Virus record (IMG/VR): IMGVR_UViG_3300029703_000007
Reading direction: 5' to 3' (one strand)
DNA: 51,280 nucleotides
From: a virus
Position numbers and translations under genes: made by a program
Notes under the pieces: model-generated
The model's database searches: none
The model's input: only the letters and a program-made list of their open reading frames with translations
What the model was told of the DNA's origin: nothing
In this document: positions 1 to 7,534 of the stretch, piece by piece
Position numbering within the stretch: the first letter of the stretch is position 1
How the letters are laid out: each line of letters begins with the position of its first letter

Positions 1-99
1 CCAAGGATATTATTATTTTAATCCAGAACCTTTAGATTTAGGAGAAGTATACGAATGTTCTTTAACAGCTGATGTTAAAAGTAATGCTGGAAACCGTTC
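1..99. repeat. Terminal overlap: bases 1-99 identical to 51182-51280 (circular-assembly overlap or terminal redundancy)
   Basis: Direct comparison of both window ends, 99/99 identical by eye. Confidence 0.95.
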
Positions 100-655
100 G
101 CGTGTTAGAGATATAGTTTCGGTTCGTTCTGTGGAATCAATTCGAAATTTTAATCTTTATTATCAAATAAGAACTGTTGAAAATATTAGAGCTTTGGAAG
201 AAATTCGTACATTTTCATCGGCAAATTGGGAAACTCGTCTTGAGATGAATTTAAGCGATGATAATGTAAATTGGACAGGGTGGCAACAGTTTTCCGCTTC
301 TCAACATGTGTTTAGATATTGTAAATTCAGAATATTTTTATTTATTGACAATTTGTTTTTTACACCAAATGTATTGAAAGCGACTGTTACTATTGACATG
401 CCTGACAGATATGAAAGCGGTGAAGATGTTGAAATAACAAATGCTAATGCTGGAAGTACCATAACATATGAAAACGCTTTTTGGAACAATCCTTCAGTTA
501 ACGTAACAATTCAAGACGGTGCTGTCGATGATAGAGTTGAATTTATTAATAAAGATAATAAAGGCTTTACAGTTAGGATTTTTAATGCTACCTTAAATTC
601 ATATGTTACAAGGTCTTTTGACTATATTTCAGCAGGTTACGGAAAGGTTGTTTAA
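1..655 (+). CDS. Tail-tip host-specificity protein (lambda gpJ-like), C-terminal part of the gene starting at 47796 and crossing the circular junction
   Basis: Frame of ORF-track 131..655 is open back to the window start and equals the frame of 47796..51280 once the 99-nt overlap is removed (131+51181 and 47796 both 0 mod 3); stop TAA 653-655. Confidence 0.85.
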   Translation, partial: QGYYYFNPEPLDLGEVYECSLTADVKSNAGNRSRVRDIVSVRSVESIRNFNLYYQIRTVENIRALEEIRTFSSANWETRLEMNLSDDNVNWTGWQQFSASQHVFRYCKFRIFLFIDNLFFTPNVLKATVTIDMPDRYESGEDVEITNANAGSTITYENAFWNNPSVNVTIQDGAVDDRVEFINKDNKGFTVRIFNATLNSYVTRSFDYISAGYGKVV

Positions 656-1192
656 ATGTCACAAACATTAGTAGATTTTTCAGGAAATCCCTCTGGCGCA
701 GAGCTTATGGATGATTATCTGACGCCATTGCAAGAAAACATTTTAACATCTAACAGTGGTGTAACTCGCCCTGAATATGCCAAAAAAGGGACTAAGTGGA
801 TTGATGAAAATCAAACACCTTGGCTTTTGAAACTTTATGATGGTTCTCAGGATATTGTTCTTGGAGAAATTAACCCTAACAATCATTCTTTTGTACCGAC
901 AGACCCTATGACAACTACAGGTGATTTAATTGTCGAAGGTGATGCTGGTATACCCGTACGATTGGCTGCGGGAACTGCCGGACATGTTCTAACTTCAAAC
1001 GGCCCGGGAACTTTACCGAGTTATCAGTTAGGTGTTTACGCAAATACCGATTTAAGCAATTTAACGACTGCTGGTAATACGATTATTGACAATCGCGTAA
1101 TAAATCTTATGAATAGTCGTCTTCAGGTAGTTAATAGTTTACCAGAAAATCCTGATTTAGATACGTTTTATTTTATTAAAGAGAGTATTTAA
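656..1192 (+). CDS. Tail fibre / fibre-adaptor protein (178 aa)
   Basis: ATG directly abuts the J-like stop (TAAATG); G/T/N-rich with GDLIVEG..RLAAGTAGHVLTS..PSYQ fibre-like motif; sits between J-like and receptor-binding genes. Confidence 0.6.
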   Translation: MSQTLVDFSGNPSGAELMDDYLTPLQENILTSNSGVTRPEYAKKGTKWIDENQTPWLLKLYDGSQDIVLGEINPNNHSFVPTDPMTTTGDLIVEGDAGIPVRLAAGTAGHVLTSNGPGTLPSYQLGVYANTDLSNLTTAGNTIIDNRVINLMNSRLQVVNSLPENPDLDTFYFIKESI

Positions 1193-3315
1193 TGACTGTT
1201 TATAAAAGCTCATCGAAAATTGCCGATACTGGCGTTCATGGTATTAATTTCGGGAGTCAGCAAATCAAACAGATTTTTACAGCTCCGAGAACAAACGGAA
1301 TTACTTATATTCCGCAGGACATAAAATTTGATATTGTTAACGGTACAACACCGACCCTGTATGCTGGTAGCGAGGTCTGGGTTCCTTACGGCCGTAACGC
1401 TCCTGAATATTCAATCGGCGACAGTCTGAACAGCGGTATTATTACGGCCATAAGCTGGGACGGCTCGGCTTTGTTTTATAAGGTTCGTTATGATACAGAC
1501 CTTAATATTGATATTACTGATGACCCGGCGGTCGCAGATTTTGTTACAAGTATTGGTACTAATCACCGTTTTTATTGGTATAACACTAACGTCACTTACA
1601 GCCAAGATACGGCGCCGAGCGGCTTTGGGGGACAATACGCGCTTTGGTATGACACGGCCGAGAATGTTGTAAAGTGTACCAGCGATTCAGGGGCTACATG
1701 GAATGGATTGATTTCTTTGCCTATCGGTGTTTTCACAATGGCCGGCACCGGCGCTACAAAGACGCTTAAATATGTTTTTAACGGCGTCGGCTATATCGGC
1801 ACGACGGTTTTTGCGGTTCCGGGCGTGAAGGGGCTGATGGCCGACGGGTTGAACGAGGACGGCAGCTATAAAACTATTTCCAGAACTATTGAATATATGA
1901 CGTATCGCAACTTGAATTTATCGAGAGAAAATTTTTATTGTTTCATCAGAATGGATTTGCACGGAATCGACGGCGAACATTACATCGAAGCGGACGAGTT
2001 ACCGGAGACGGCAAAACAGTACACAGTTTGTTACCGAAAAACAGATAATACCCTTTGGTGGACGACAGAAGCCAACAGCACTTCATGGTTTCAGATTTGG
2101 GCTATTCCGGTTGGTTTTATATCATGCGACGGCACAAAAATAACATCTTGGGAACCGGCTAAAAACTTTATAAAGGTTTATCAATACAATTCCTATGAAC
2201 CGCAACAAATACTTGTTAACATAAGCGGTACTGCGTCAACCGACATTACATTCAAGAGAGGGGTATACTACATTCGCGCACAAGGTGCCGGCGGTGGCGG
2301 TGGTAATTATGCATATCCTTATGGTAATGGTAACGGCGGTGGTTCTGGTGCAGGTTTTGAAGGGTATATTTATGTAAGTAAAGAATTTTCTTCGAGTGTT
2401 ACTACAGGAGTTGGTGGAAATAGCGCATCAGCTGGTGTAAACACTCAAATAAACGGGGTTATGCTGTTAGGTGCTGGTCAAGCTGGTCCAACCACTTCAG
2501 GAGGAACTGTTGACCCATCTGGTGTACCCGGTACTATTACTATCAATAGTAATAATTTAAATAATCTTTTTACTATTATATCAGCTACTGTAAATCGTGA
2601 CGGTAATTACGGCTCCAAAGCCATTGGCGGCAATAGCGTATTAACTAACTCAGGTGCCGGTCAAGGTGCCGGTGGTGCCGCTACTGCACCGGGTGCGGGT
2701 GGCGGTGGAACGTCATCCATTGGCGGCAAGGGCGGTCCCGGTGGCGATGGAGAATGCCTTATTCAGTATATTGGTTATGAACCCGAGGGGGGGGTAACTA
2801 AGCTAGAGTATTTTCAAACCCCAACATTAACTGCGTCAATAACCCCTGTTGCAGAGGGTAATATTGTCGTAACCTCAAGCTACAATAATACGAGTTCTTG
2901 GAACAATTTGTGCAACAACAGTTATATTATGAGGAATACTATTTCAACTACCTCTGATAGCGGTTATTGGCAGATGAATGGTTCTAATACTCAATGGCTG
3001 CAAATTAAATTTCCCTATACATTGATAATAAAGGGAATGACAATCGCAAGCCGACCGAAAGATAATTATACCGGAACGGTAACGGCCTATACGAACGCCG
3101 ATAAAATCGTTAACATGGGTTCAGTTACGACCAATGCTAAAGCAACTAACTTTACATTAACTAACTTCGGAATTGGAGCTTTTGTAACAGATACAATTTA
3201 TCTTTATATTACGGATATGAATGAATGGTACGGTTTGCAGAATTTGCAGATAAGAGGATATAAGGTTTTAGACAACTCTCTCTCTCTCTGTCTTTTTTCC
3301 CTGAGCCAGACCTAG
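1192..3315 (+). CDS. Receptor-binding tail fibre protein (707 aa) with glycine-rich domain and C-terminal discoidin (F5/8 type C)-like domain
   Basis: TAATG overlap with upstream gene; Gly-rich block aa ~355-527 (RAQGAGGGGGNYAYPYGNGNGGGSGAG ... GGKGGPGGDGECLIQY); C-terminal WQMNGSNTQWLQIKF...WYGLQNLQIRGY resembles a carbohydrate-binding discoidin fold. Confidence 0.75.
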   Translation: MTVYKSSSKIADTGVHGINFGSQQIKQIFTAPRTNGITYIPQDIKFDIVNGTTPTLYAGSEVWVPYGRNAPEYSIGDSLNSGIITAISWDGSALFYKVRYDTDLNIDITDDPAVADFVTSIGTNHRFYWYNTNVTYSQDTAPSGFGGQYALWYDTAENVVKCTSDSGATWNGLISLPIGVFTMAGTGATKTLKYVFNGVGYIGTTVFAVPGVKGLMADGLNEDGSYKTISRTIEYMTYRNLNLSRENFYCFIRMDLHGIDGEHYIEADELPETAKQYTVCYRKTDNTLWWTTEANSTSWFQIWAIPVGFISCDGTKITSWEPAKNFIKVYQYNSYEPQQILVNISGTASTDITFKRGVYYIRAQGAGGGGGNYAYPYGNGNGGGSGAGFEGYIYVSKEFSSSVTTGVGGNSASAGVNTQINGVMLLGAGQAGPTTSGGTVDPSGVPGTITINSNNLNNLFTIISATVNRDGNYGSKAIGGNSVLTNSGAGQGAGGAATAPGAGGGGTSSIGGKGGPGGDGECLIQYIGYEPEGGVTKLEYFQTPTLTASITPVAEGNIVVTSSYNNTSSWNNLCNNSYIMRNTISTTSDSGYWQMNGSNTQWLQIKFPYTLIIKGMTIASRPKDNYTGTVTAYTNADKIVNMGSVTTNAKATNFTLTNFGIGAFVTDTIYLYITDMNEWYGLQNLQIRGYKVLDNSLSLCLFSLSQT
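3276..3298. repeat. (CT)7 dinucleotide repeat (3276-3289) followed by T6 (3293-3298) at the 3' end of the fibre gene
   Basis: Read directly: gacaa ctctctctctctct gtc tttttt ccc. Confidence 0.95.
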
Positions 3316-3326
3316 AGCCAAGTGAA

Positions 3327-3611
3327 GTGACTTATTATTGCTATGATGATACGGGAAGTAATTACACTTATTTGTATACAACGACAACCGATTTTGTAGT
3401 TGGCGAACCTGTTACTTTTCATATCAATAAGCAAATAAAAGATAATGTTGCGTATACAGAGTTGGCGACTTCTTCTGCCGATTTTAACGATACTGTTTCA
3501 GTAACCCCGACGGAGTTGAGAACAAATAGTTTTAAATATAAATTATTAATGTCTGGATATTACTTAACTTATGAATTCAAACGAACCCCTGATTATGATT
3601 TTACAGAATAA
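3327..3611 (+). CDS. Hypothetical 94-aa ORF; frame open from 3264 with no ATG and no SD; probable C-terminal extension module of the fibre protein
   Basis: ORF track (GTG start); the same frame is open upstream through the (CT)7 tract back to 3264; no Shine-Dalgarno before GTG 3327. Confidence 0.5.
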   Translation: MTYYCYDDTGSNYTYLYTTTTDFVVGEPVTFHINKQIKDNVAYTELATSSADFNDTVSVTPTELRTNSFKYKLLMSGYYLTYEFKRTPDYDFTE

Positions 3612-4022
3612 TTAGGCAGTTCTCTCCCAGATATTAACGGTCAAATTTGTTCTGGTTATTGTCGCTTTAAGACCTGATTTGGTAGAATCGGTAGTTACGC
3701 CGTAGATTCCTCGACTGACACCAGTACCAGCAGATGAAGAAAGAACTTCACTAGCGTTTCTACCATAAGCGGTTTTTTCAGCATATAAAACATCGTTTGT
3801 ACCTTGAATAATGCCATATTTGCCATCGGGATTTGCAGAAACATTTACAGGACCTTGTAAGCCAAGAGCTAAACCATTACCTGCAACACTTGCGGATGTA
3901 TTAACATCAATAACAATATTTGAGGCAACCTTAGTCCAAGTTGAATTGCTTAATATAATTTCCAACGGGCAAGTGTCTTGCGTACCAAAATATATACTGC
4001 CAATCGGATATAAACTATTCAT
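3612..4022 (-). CDS. Tail-fibre-tip-like protein (136 aa) encoded antisense to the late operon
   Basis: N-terminal LYPIGSIYFG...STWTKV motif as in conserved fibre-tip/collar modules; G/S/T/N-rich; its stop abuts the stop of 3327..3611 (TAATTA); weak RBS. Confidence 0.5.
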   Translation of the reverse strand: MNSLYPIGSIYFGTQDTCPLEIILSNSTWTKVASNIVIDVNTSASVAGNGLALGLQGPVNVSANPDGKYGIIQGTNDVLYAEKTAYGRNASEVLSSSAGTGVSRGIYGVTTDSTKSGLKATITRTNLTVNIWERTA

Positions 4023-4046
4023 AAGATTTATTACGCGATATAAAAC

Positions 4047-4075
4047 TTGATTAATAAATAAAAGCTTGTTAAAAT
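4047..4075 (+). promoter_or_regulatory. Sigma70-like promoter TTGATT-17 nt-TAAAAT
   Basis: TTGATT 4047-4052, 17-nt spacer, TAAAAT 4070-4075, just upstream of GGAGG 4085-4089 and ATG 4098. Confidence 0.5.
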
Positions 4076-4097
4076 ATTATTCATGGAGGTATTTAAT

Positions 4098-4292
4098 ATG
4101 GATAATATGGTTGAAATTATAAAAGAAGCTCGTAAAGCTGGTATGCAAACAGCATTAATATTGTTTGCTGCTTTATGCGTGGTTGCAAGTTTATTTGCGT
4201 TTTATATTTATCAAAGTTATCAGCCAAACTATGCTACTATTACTCAAATGCAAGATGGTGAGAATAACAAACAGGAAATGATAAATGAGTAA
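4098..4292 (+). CDS. Small membrane protein (64 aa; ORF-track 4083..4292)
   Basis: GGAGG 7-8 nt before ATG 4098; one TM helix TALILFAALCVVASLFAFYIY. Confidence 0.6.
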   Translation: MDNMVEIIKEARKAGMQTALILFAALCVVASLFAFYIYQSYQPNYATITQMQDGENNKQEMINE

Positions 4293-4374
4293 ACAAATTC
4301 AAATAGTTAAATTAGTCCTTCCTCGAGGAGGGGGTCGTGCAACCGGAAGGGGCGGTAAAAGTGGACGTGGTTAA
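4285..4374 (+). CDS. Possible 29-aa Arg/Gly-rich upstream ORF (MSKQIQIVKLVLPRGGGRATGRGGKSGRG)
   Basis: ATG 4285 overlaps stop of preceding gene; reads through the SD-masking hairpin and over the GTG 4337 start in another frame; below ORF-track cutoff. Confidence 0.25.
   Translation: MSKQIQIVKLVLPRGGGRATGRGGKSGRG
4317..4332 (+). promoter_or_regulatory. Hairpin CCTTCC-TCGA-GGAGGG masking the GGAGG Shine-Dalgarno of the 4337 start
   Basis: 6-bp stem (one G-U) with TCGA loop; 3' arm is the only SD for GTG 4337. Confidence 0.4.
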
Positions 4375-4618
4375 ACGTAAAGTAATTGCTCTTTGGTTAC
4401 ATTTCTTTTTAAATCGTATTGGTTCTAAACATCCTGAATTTCTTTCTGACTTACTTAATGATTTGAATATTTCAGAACGTCATAAAATTATCATTAAATC
4501 CAGATATGTTGACAAGCTTAAGTTTAAGCAAATACCTGATGTTAAAGGTGTTAATTGTGAATTAAGACAGGTTATGAATTTGCATAAAGAAGTCATAGAC
4601 AAACTTATAAATCTTTAA
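4337..4618 (+). CDS. Small HTH regulator resembling sigma-70 region 4 / LuxR-GerE type (93 aa)
   Basis: LNISERHKIIIKSRYVDKLKFKQIPDVKGVNCELRQVMNLHKEVIDKL matches region-4 HTH pattern; GTG start (alternative GTG 4361). Confidence 0.5.
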   Translation: MQPEGAVKVDVVKRKVIALWLHFFLNRIGSKHPEFLSDLLNDLNISERHKIIIKSRYVDKLKFKQIPDVKGVNCELRQVMNLHKEVIDKLINL

Positions 4619-4760
4619 AATCAATACTTTATCTTTACACATTCCCAACATTTTAATTTTATATATCCTTGCTACTCTATAAACAGAGAGTGAGGTTATT
4701 TTGTACTTTATCAATTCTTTCAAAATTATCCTCTCTCTGTATTTTAAAGGGAGTTAAACC

Positions 4761-5162
4761 ATGTTTGAAAATAATACATTAAATCAGTACAGCTCAAACA
4801 ATCAAAGTTTTATCGGCTTTGTACAAAATGGAAAAATATTTAATTCTTATGGGCAGCAGCTTGGTTATATCACAGATGAATACAATAAAGCTATTGAAAC
4901 AGCTAAAGGTTTTCAACAGAAATTGATAGAAGCCGGAATACTTGTAAAACCTAAAACACCTGAAGAAATAAATCAGGAATTACAAGAAACGTTAAAACAA
5001 ACTCAAACAATGATGACAGAAATGTCCAATACTATCATTTCCTTAAATGAAAAAGTCAATAAATTAGAGGAGAAGAAAGATGTTCAACAAGCAGTCAATC
5101 CTGTCAATGGCAGGACGATTCTTACCACAAGAAAAGATTCAACTCCTAAGTCAGGCGTATGA
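4761..5162 (+). CDS. Hypothetical coiled-coil protein (133 aa)
   Basis: ORF track; AAAGGGAG SD 4746-4753. Confidence 0.6.
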   Translation: MFENNTLNQYSSNNQSFIGFVQNGKIFNSYGQQLGYITDEYNKAIETAKGFQQKLIEAGILVKPKTPEEINQELQETLKQTQTMMTEMSNTIISLNEKVNKLEEKKDVQQAVNPVNGRTILTTRKDSTPKSGV

Positions 5163-5427
5163 TTTTGCTAATAAAATAACTGACATTACGCAAAACCCGA
5201 AAGAAGCTTTAGAAAAAGCCGGTGTTACTCGAGAAGATTTGGAAAAAGCGAAAAAACTTATAAACAATCCTATGGCTGGTTTTTTTCTCGGTGATAAAAA
5301 ACAATCAGTTATTGACGGATTAAATAGAGCCGAATCGTTATTCGATAAACAAGTTAACTCATTATCTGAACAAGCCCCGGTTAATGAGTTAGAGCAATTG
5401 CAAGCTAATCTTGCAAGGCTTAAGTAA
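5080..5427 (+). CDS. Hypothetical protein (115 aa), overlaps preceding ORF by 83 nt
   Basis: ORF track; GGAGAAG before ATG 5080. Confidence 0.55.
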   Translation: MFNKQSILSMAGRFLPQEKIQLLSQAYDFANKITDITQNPKEALEKAGVTREDLEKAKKLINNPMAGFFLGDKKQSVIDGLNRAESLFDKQVNSLSEQAPVNELEQLQANLARLK

Positions 5428-5452
5428 TGTCGGGCTTAACGGAGAATATATA

Positions 5453-6028
5453 ATGGATAAAGAATCTTATAGTTGGGGAGGGATTGGTTTTCTTGCCTTG
5501 TTCTTTCTGATTATCATTGCTTTTTGGGGCCGTGGTGGTAACGGTTTTGGTTGGGGTAATAACTGCGGTAACGGTTTTGCCCCTTTTGGTGATGGTATTG
5601 GTTTCGGTGCTTCTAGTTATGGTTTCCAGAATTATCGTGCAACCTGTGATGCTGAAAAATCTGAAATCATCAATACCGCCCGTACTCAGTATCTGGTAGA
5701 ACAGCAGGCTGCTGGCACTCGTGAGCTGGTTAATGCAACGGCTAATGCAACTCAGACCAAAATTGATTTTTATGCTTATCAGGCAGAACGTGACAAAGTT
5801 GCTGACCGTGACCGTAGAATTATGTCTTTGGAAAATCAGCTGTTTATGAAAGACCAGCTTGCAGCGTTGACGGCTTCAATTGCTGATATTCGTTGCAACA
5901 TGCTTACCCGTCCGAATATTACCGGGGTTGGTGCGGTTTGCCCGAATGCTGGTGTTTTGAACGGTTTAGGAATTGACCGTTTCACTGGTTGCGGCTGTGG
6001 TTGCAACAGTAACAGTGTTCTAGTTTAG
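5453..6028 (+). CDS. Membrane-anchored Gly-rich / coiled-coil / C-terminal Cys-rich protein (191 aa; ORF-track 5411)
   Basis: GGAGAA SD before ATG 5453; TM IGFLALFFLIIIAFW, GRGGNGFGWGNNCGNGF..., C-terminal GCGCGCNSNS. Confidence 0.6.
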   Translation: MDKESYSWGGIGFLALFFLIIIAFWGRGGNGFGWGNNCGNGFAPFGDGIGFGASSYGFQNYRATCDAEKSEIINTARTQYLVEQQAAGTRELVNATANATQTKIDFYAYQAERDKVADRDRRIMSLENQLFMKDQLAALTASIADIRCNMLTRPNITGVGAVCPNAGVLNGLGIDRFTGCGCGCNSNSVLV

Positions 6029-6041
6029 TTAACTCCCGTTC

Positions 6042-6074
6042 GGGGGCTGAAATACGCCCCCTGATTTTTCTTTT
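6042..6074 (+). terminator. Rho-independent terminator
   Basis: GGGGGC(6042-6047)-loop-GCCCCC(6056-6061) followed by TGATTTTTCTTTT. Confidence 0.7.
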
Positions 6075-6088
6075 ATTGGAGAAATAAA

Positions 6089-6484
6089 ATGACTTGTAAT
6101 TGTGATATTTTAACTATCAAATCAACTTCTATTGCTATGGCTGGAAGTCAATTGTTAATCAATATTCCTGCTGTAACATTGGCAAATCATCAAGAATTTA
6201 GACTTATTTTATGTCAGCCGATTCCAACAGCAGCTGGTGTTAGTCAGGTTCTTTTGCAGACCCCTACACAAACTATTGAAATGCGTTTACGCACAGGTAA
6301 CTATGTAAGAGCAGACCAAATTAAATGTCGCAGATGCTATGATATGGTCTACGGCAATAACCCTGTTCATGCTTCAATGCTTTGTTTGTTGAAAAAAAGT
6401 TGTTACGACGTAGCATTTCCAACTGGGGCGGCAACGTCTACAGCAACGGCTGCTGCAAAAACAAATGTAACTCAAAAGGTGTAA
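6089..6484 (+). CDS. Cys-rich hypothetical protein (131 aa)
   Basis: ORF track; GGAGAAATAAAATG; MTCNCD..., CRRCYD..., Ala/Thr-rich tail. Confidence 0.6.
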   Translation: MTCNCDILTIKSTSIAMAGSQLLINIPAVTLANHQEFRLILCQPIPTAAGVSQVLLQTPTQTIEMRLRTGNYVRADQIKCRRCYDMVYGNNPVHASMLCLLKKSCYDVAFPTGAATSTATAAAKTNVTQKV

Positions 6485-6487
6485 GAA

Positions 6488-6664
6488 ATGCAAGGGCTTG
6501 GTAAATTTATCATAGGCTATATTTTAGGTAATGAAAAAGCTAGAAATTGGTGTATTGAAAAAATATGCCAAGCCTCTTGTATTATTGAAAAAGAATTAAA
6601 AAAGACACCTATCGCAAAACTCGTAAATAAGGAGAGTAAAGATGAAATTTCAGGAAATAATTAA
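6488..6664 (+). CDS. Small hypothetical protein (58 aa), below ORF-track cutoff
   Basis: ATG 6488 fills the gap between 6484 and 6642; translated by hand MQGLGKFIIGYILGNEKARNW... Confidence 0.4.
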   Translation: MQGLGKFIIGYILGNEKARNWCIEKICQASCIIEKELKKTPIAKLVNKESKDEISGNN

Positions 6665-7085
6665 AGAATATACATGCTCCGATTCTGAAAAAGATATGTA
6701 TATTTTAACTGAAATGATTGATGATTTTATTTGTGAAGTTAAAACTCTTCATCCTGAAATAGTTAATCATTTTTTAAGAAATTTGCAAATGTATCAGCAT
6801 CCTTTGCGTGACAGGGAGACGGCTGAATATGCAGTTTCAAAACTTAAAAATGAAGACGGTTCCGTTGGAGAACATTGGGATTTTGAAACAACGTCTAAAC
6901 TTGCTGACAAATATGAAATACACGATAAACCTGCGTTCTATTATGTACTCAATATGATTTACAGTGATTTATATGAATCAGGCCGGCCCGATTCAGAGTA
7001 TGTTAAAGATGCTGTAAAATTTATAAATGATAAGGATGCTCCTCATGATAAAGCTGAAAGATATTATCGTGCTATGAATTATTAA
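6642..7085 (+). CDS. Hypothetical protein (147 aa)
   Basis: ORF track; AAGGAGAG SD before ATG. Confidence 0.65.
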   Translation: MKFQEIIKEYTCSDSEKDMYILTEMIDDFICEVKTLHPEIVNHFLRNLQMYQHPLRDRETAEYAVSKLKNEDGSVGEHWDFETTSKLADKYEIHDKPAFYYVLNMIYSDLYESGRPDSEYVKDAVKFINDKDAPHDKAERYYRAMNY

Positions 7086-7104
7086 TGTTGACATTTTCAT
7101 TGAT

Positions 7105-7134
7105 AGGGGCTACGCTAAAAACAGCCCCTTTTTT
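7105..7134 (+). terminator. Rho-independent terminator
   Basis: AGGGGCT(7105-7111)/AGCCCCT(7123-7129) stem followed by TTTTTT. Confidence 0.75.
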
Positions 7135-7151
7135 GTCAAAGGGTATAATTT

Positions 7152-7517
7152 ATGAGAAGTAAATCAATGACACAACCTCAACAAAGAGTAGCTCTTGACA
7201 TGATATTAGCCGAAGAAAATCACGGCGGTCTGTCATCGGCAGCTTTGTTGCTTCATCAAAAACAGGCTGAGGATGCCGAAAAAATGGATAAAAGAATGTG
7301 TGAAATTGAAAAAAAAGTCGATACCCTTGATAAAAAATTTGATTCTCTCGATAAAAAAGTTGATGAAATAAAAGATTTAATAGCCAAAAAAACAAGTTTT
7401 ATAGAAAATATAAAAGAAATTTTAAGTAATAAAATTTTTATTTACCTATTGATAATTATCACTGCCTCCGCCTGCGGTGTTCAAGTTGCAGATTTAGGAA
7501 CGTTTTTATTTAAATAA
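7152..7517 (+). CDS. Coiled-coil protein with C-terminal TM helix (121 aa); lysis-regulator/holin candidate
   Basis: ORF track; KKVDTLDKKFDSLDKKVDEIK heptads then IFIYLLIIITASACGV; position upstream of lysis genes. Confidence 0.45.
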   Translation: MRSKSMTQPQQRVALDMILAEENHGGLSSAALLLHQKQAEDAEKMDKRMCEIEKKVDTLDKKFDSLDKKVDEIKDLIAKKTSFIENIKEILSNKIFIYLLIIITASACGVQVADLGTFLFK

Positions 7518-7534
7518 AAAAGAAAGGGTTGATA

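Noticed and set aside
3264-4082. Mu G-segment/P1 C-segment-like invertible fibre cassette (tail-to-tail fibre modules)
   Set aside because: No serine or tyrosine recombinase is encoded anywhere in the genome. I found no inverted repeats flanking the segment when comparing 3200-3330 with the reverse complement of 4011-4100.
3282-4740. Decamer CTCTCTCTGT at 3282-3291 and 4731-4740, with an inverted 8-mer ACAGAGAG at 4683-4690; considered recombination sites or a long-range RNA stem
   Set aside because: These are low-complexity words. Inversion between 3283-3290 and 4683-4690 would only append Leu-stop to the fibre and make no sensible fusion. The local 4683-4690/4733-4740 pairing upstream of the 4761 RBS is possible but too short (8 bp, about 42-nt loop) to claim.
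5517-5699. Alternative-frame ORF (Val/Leu-rich, 60 aa) inside the Gly-rich gene
   Set aside because: It is a frame artefact of the GGT/GGC-rich repeat region. The main frame has an SD, a TM helix and continuity to the terminator.
7087-7151. TTGACA at 7087 and TATAAT at 7143-7148, considered as a promoter for 7152..7517
   Set aside because: The two boxes are about 50 nt apart. The nearest -35-like TTGTCA is only 5 nt from the TATAAT. The TATAAT is 3 nt from the ATG, so it would require leaderless translation, which has no support.
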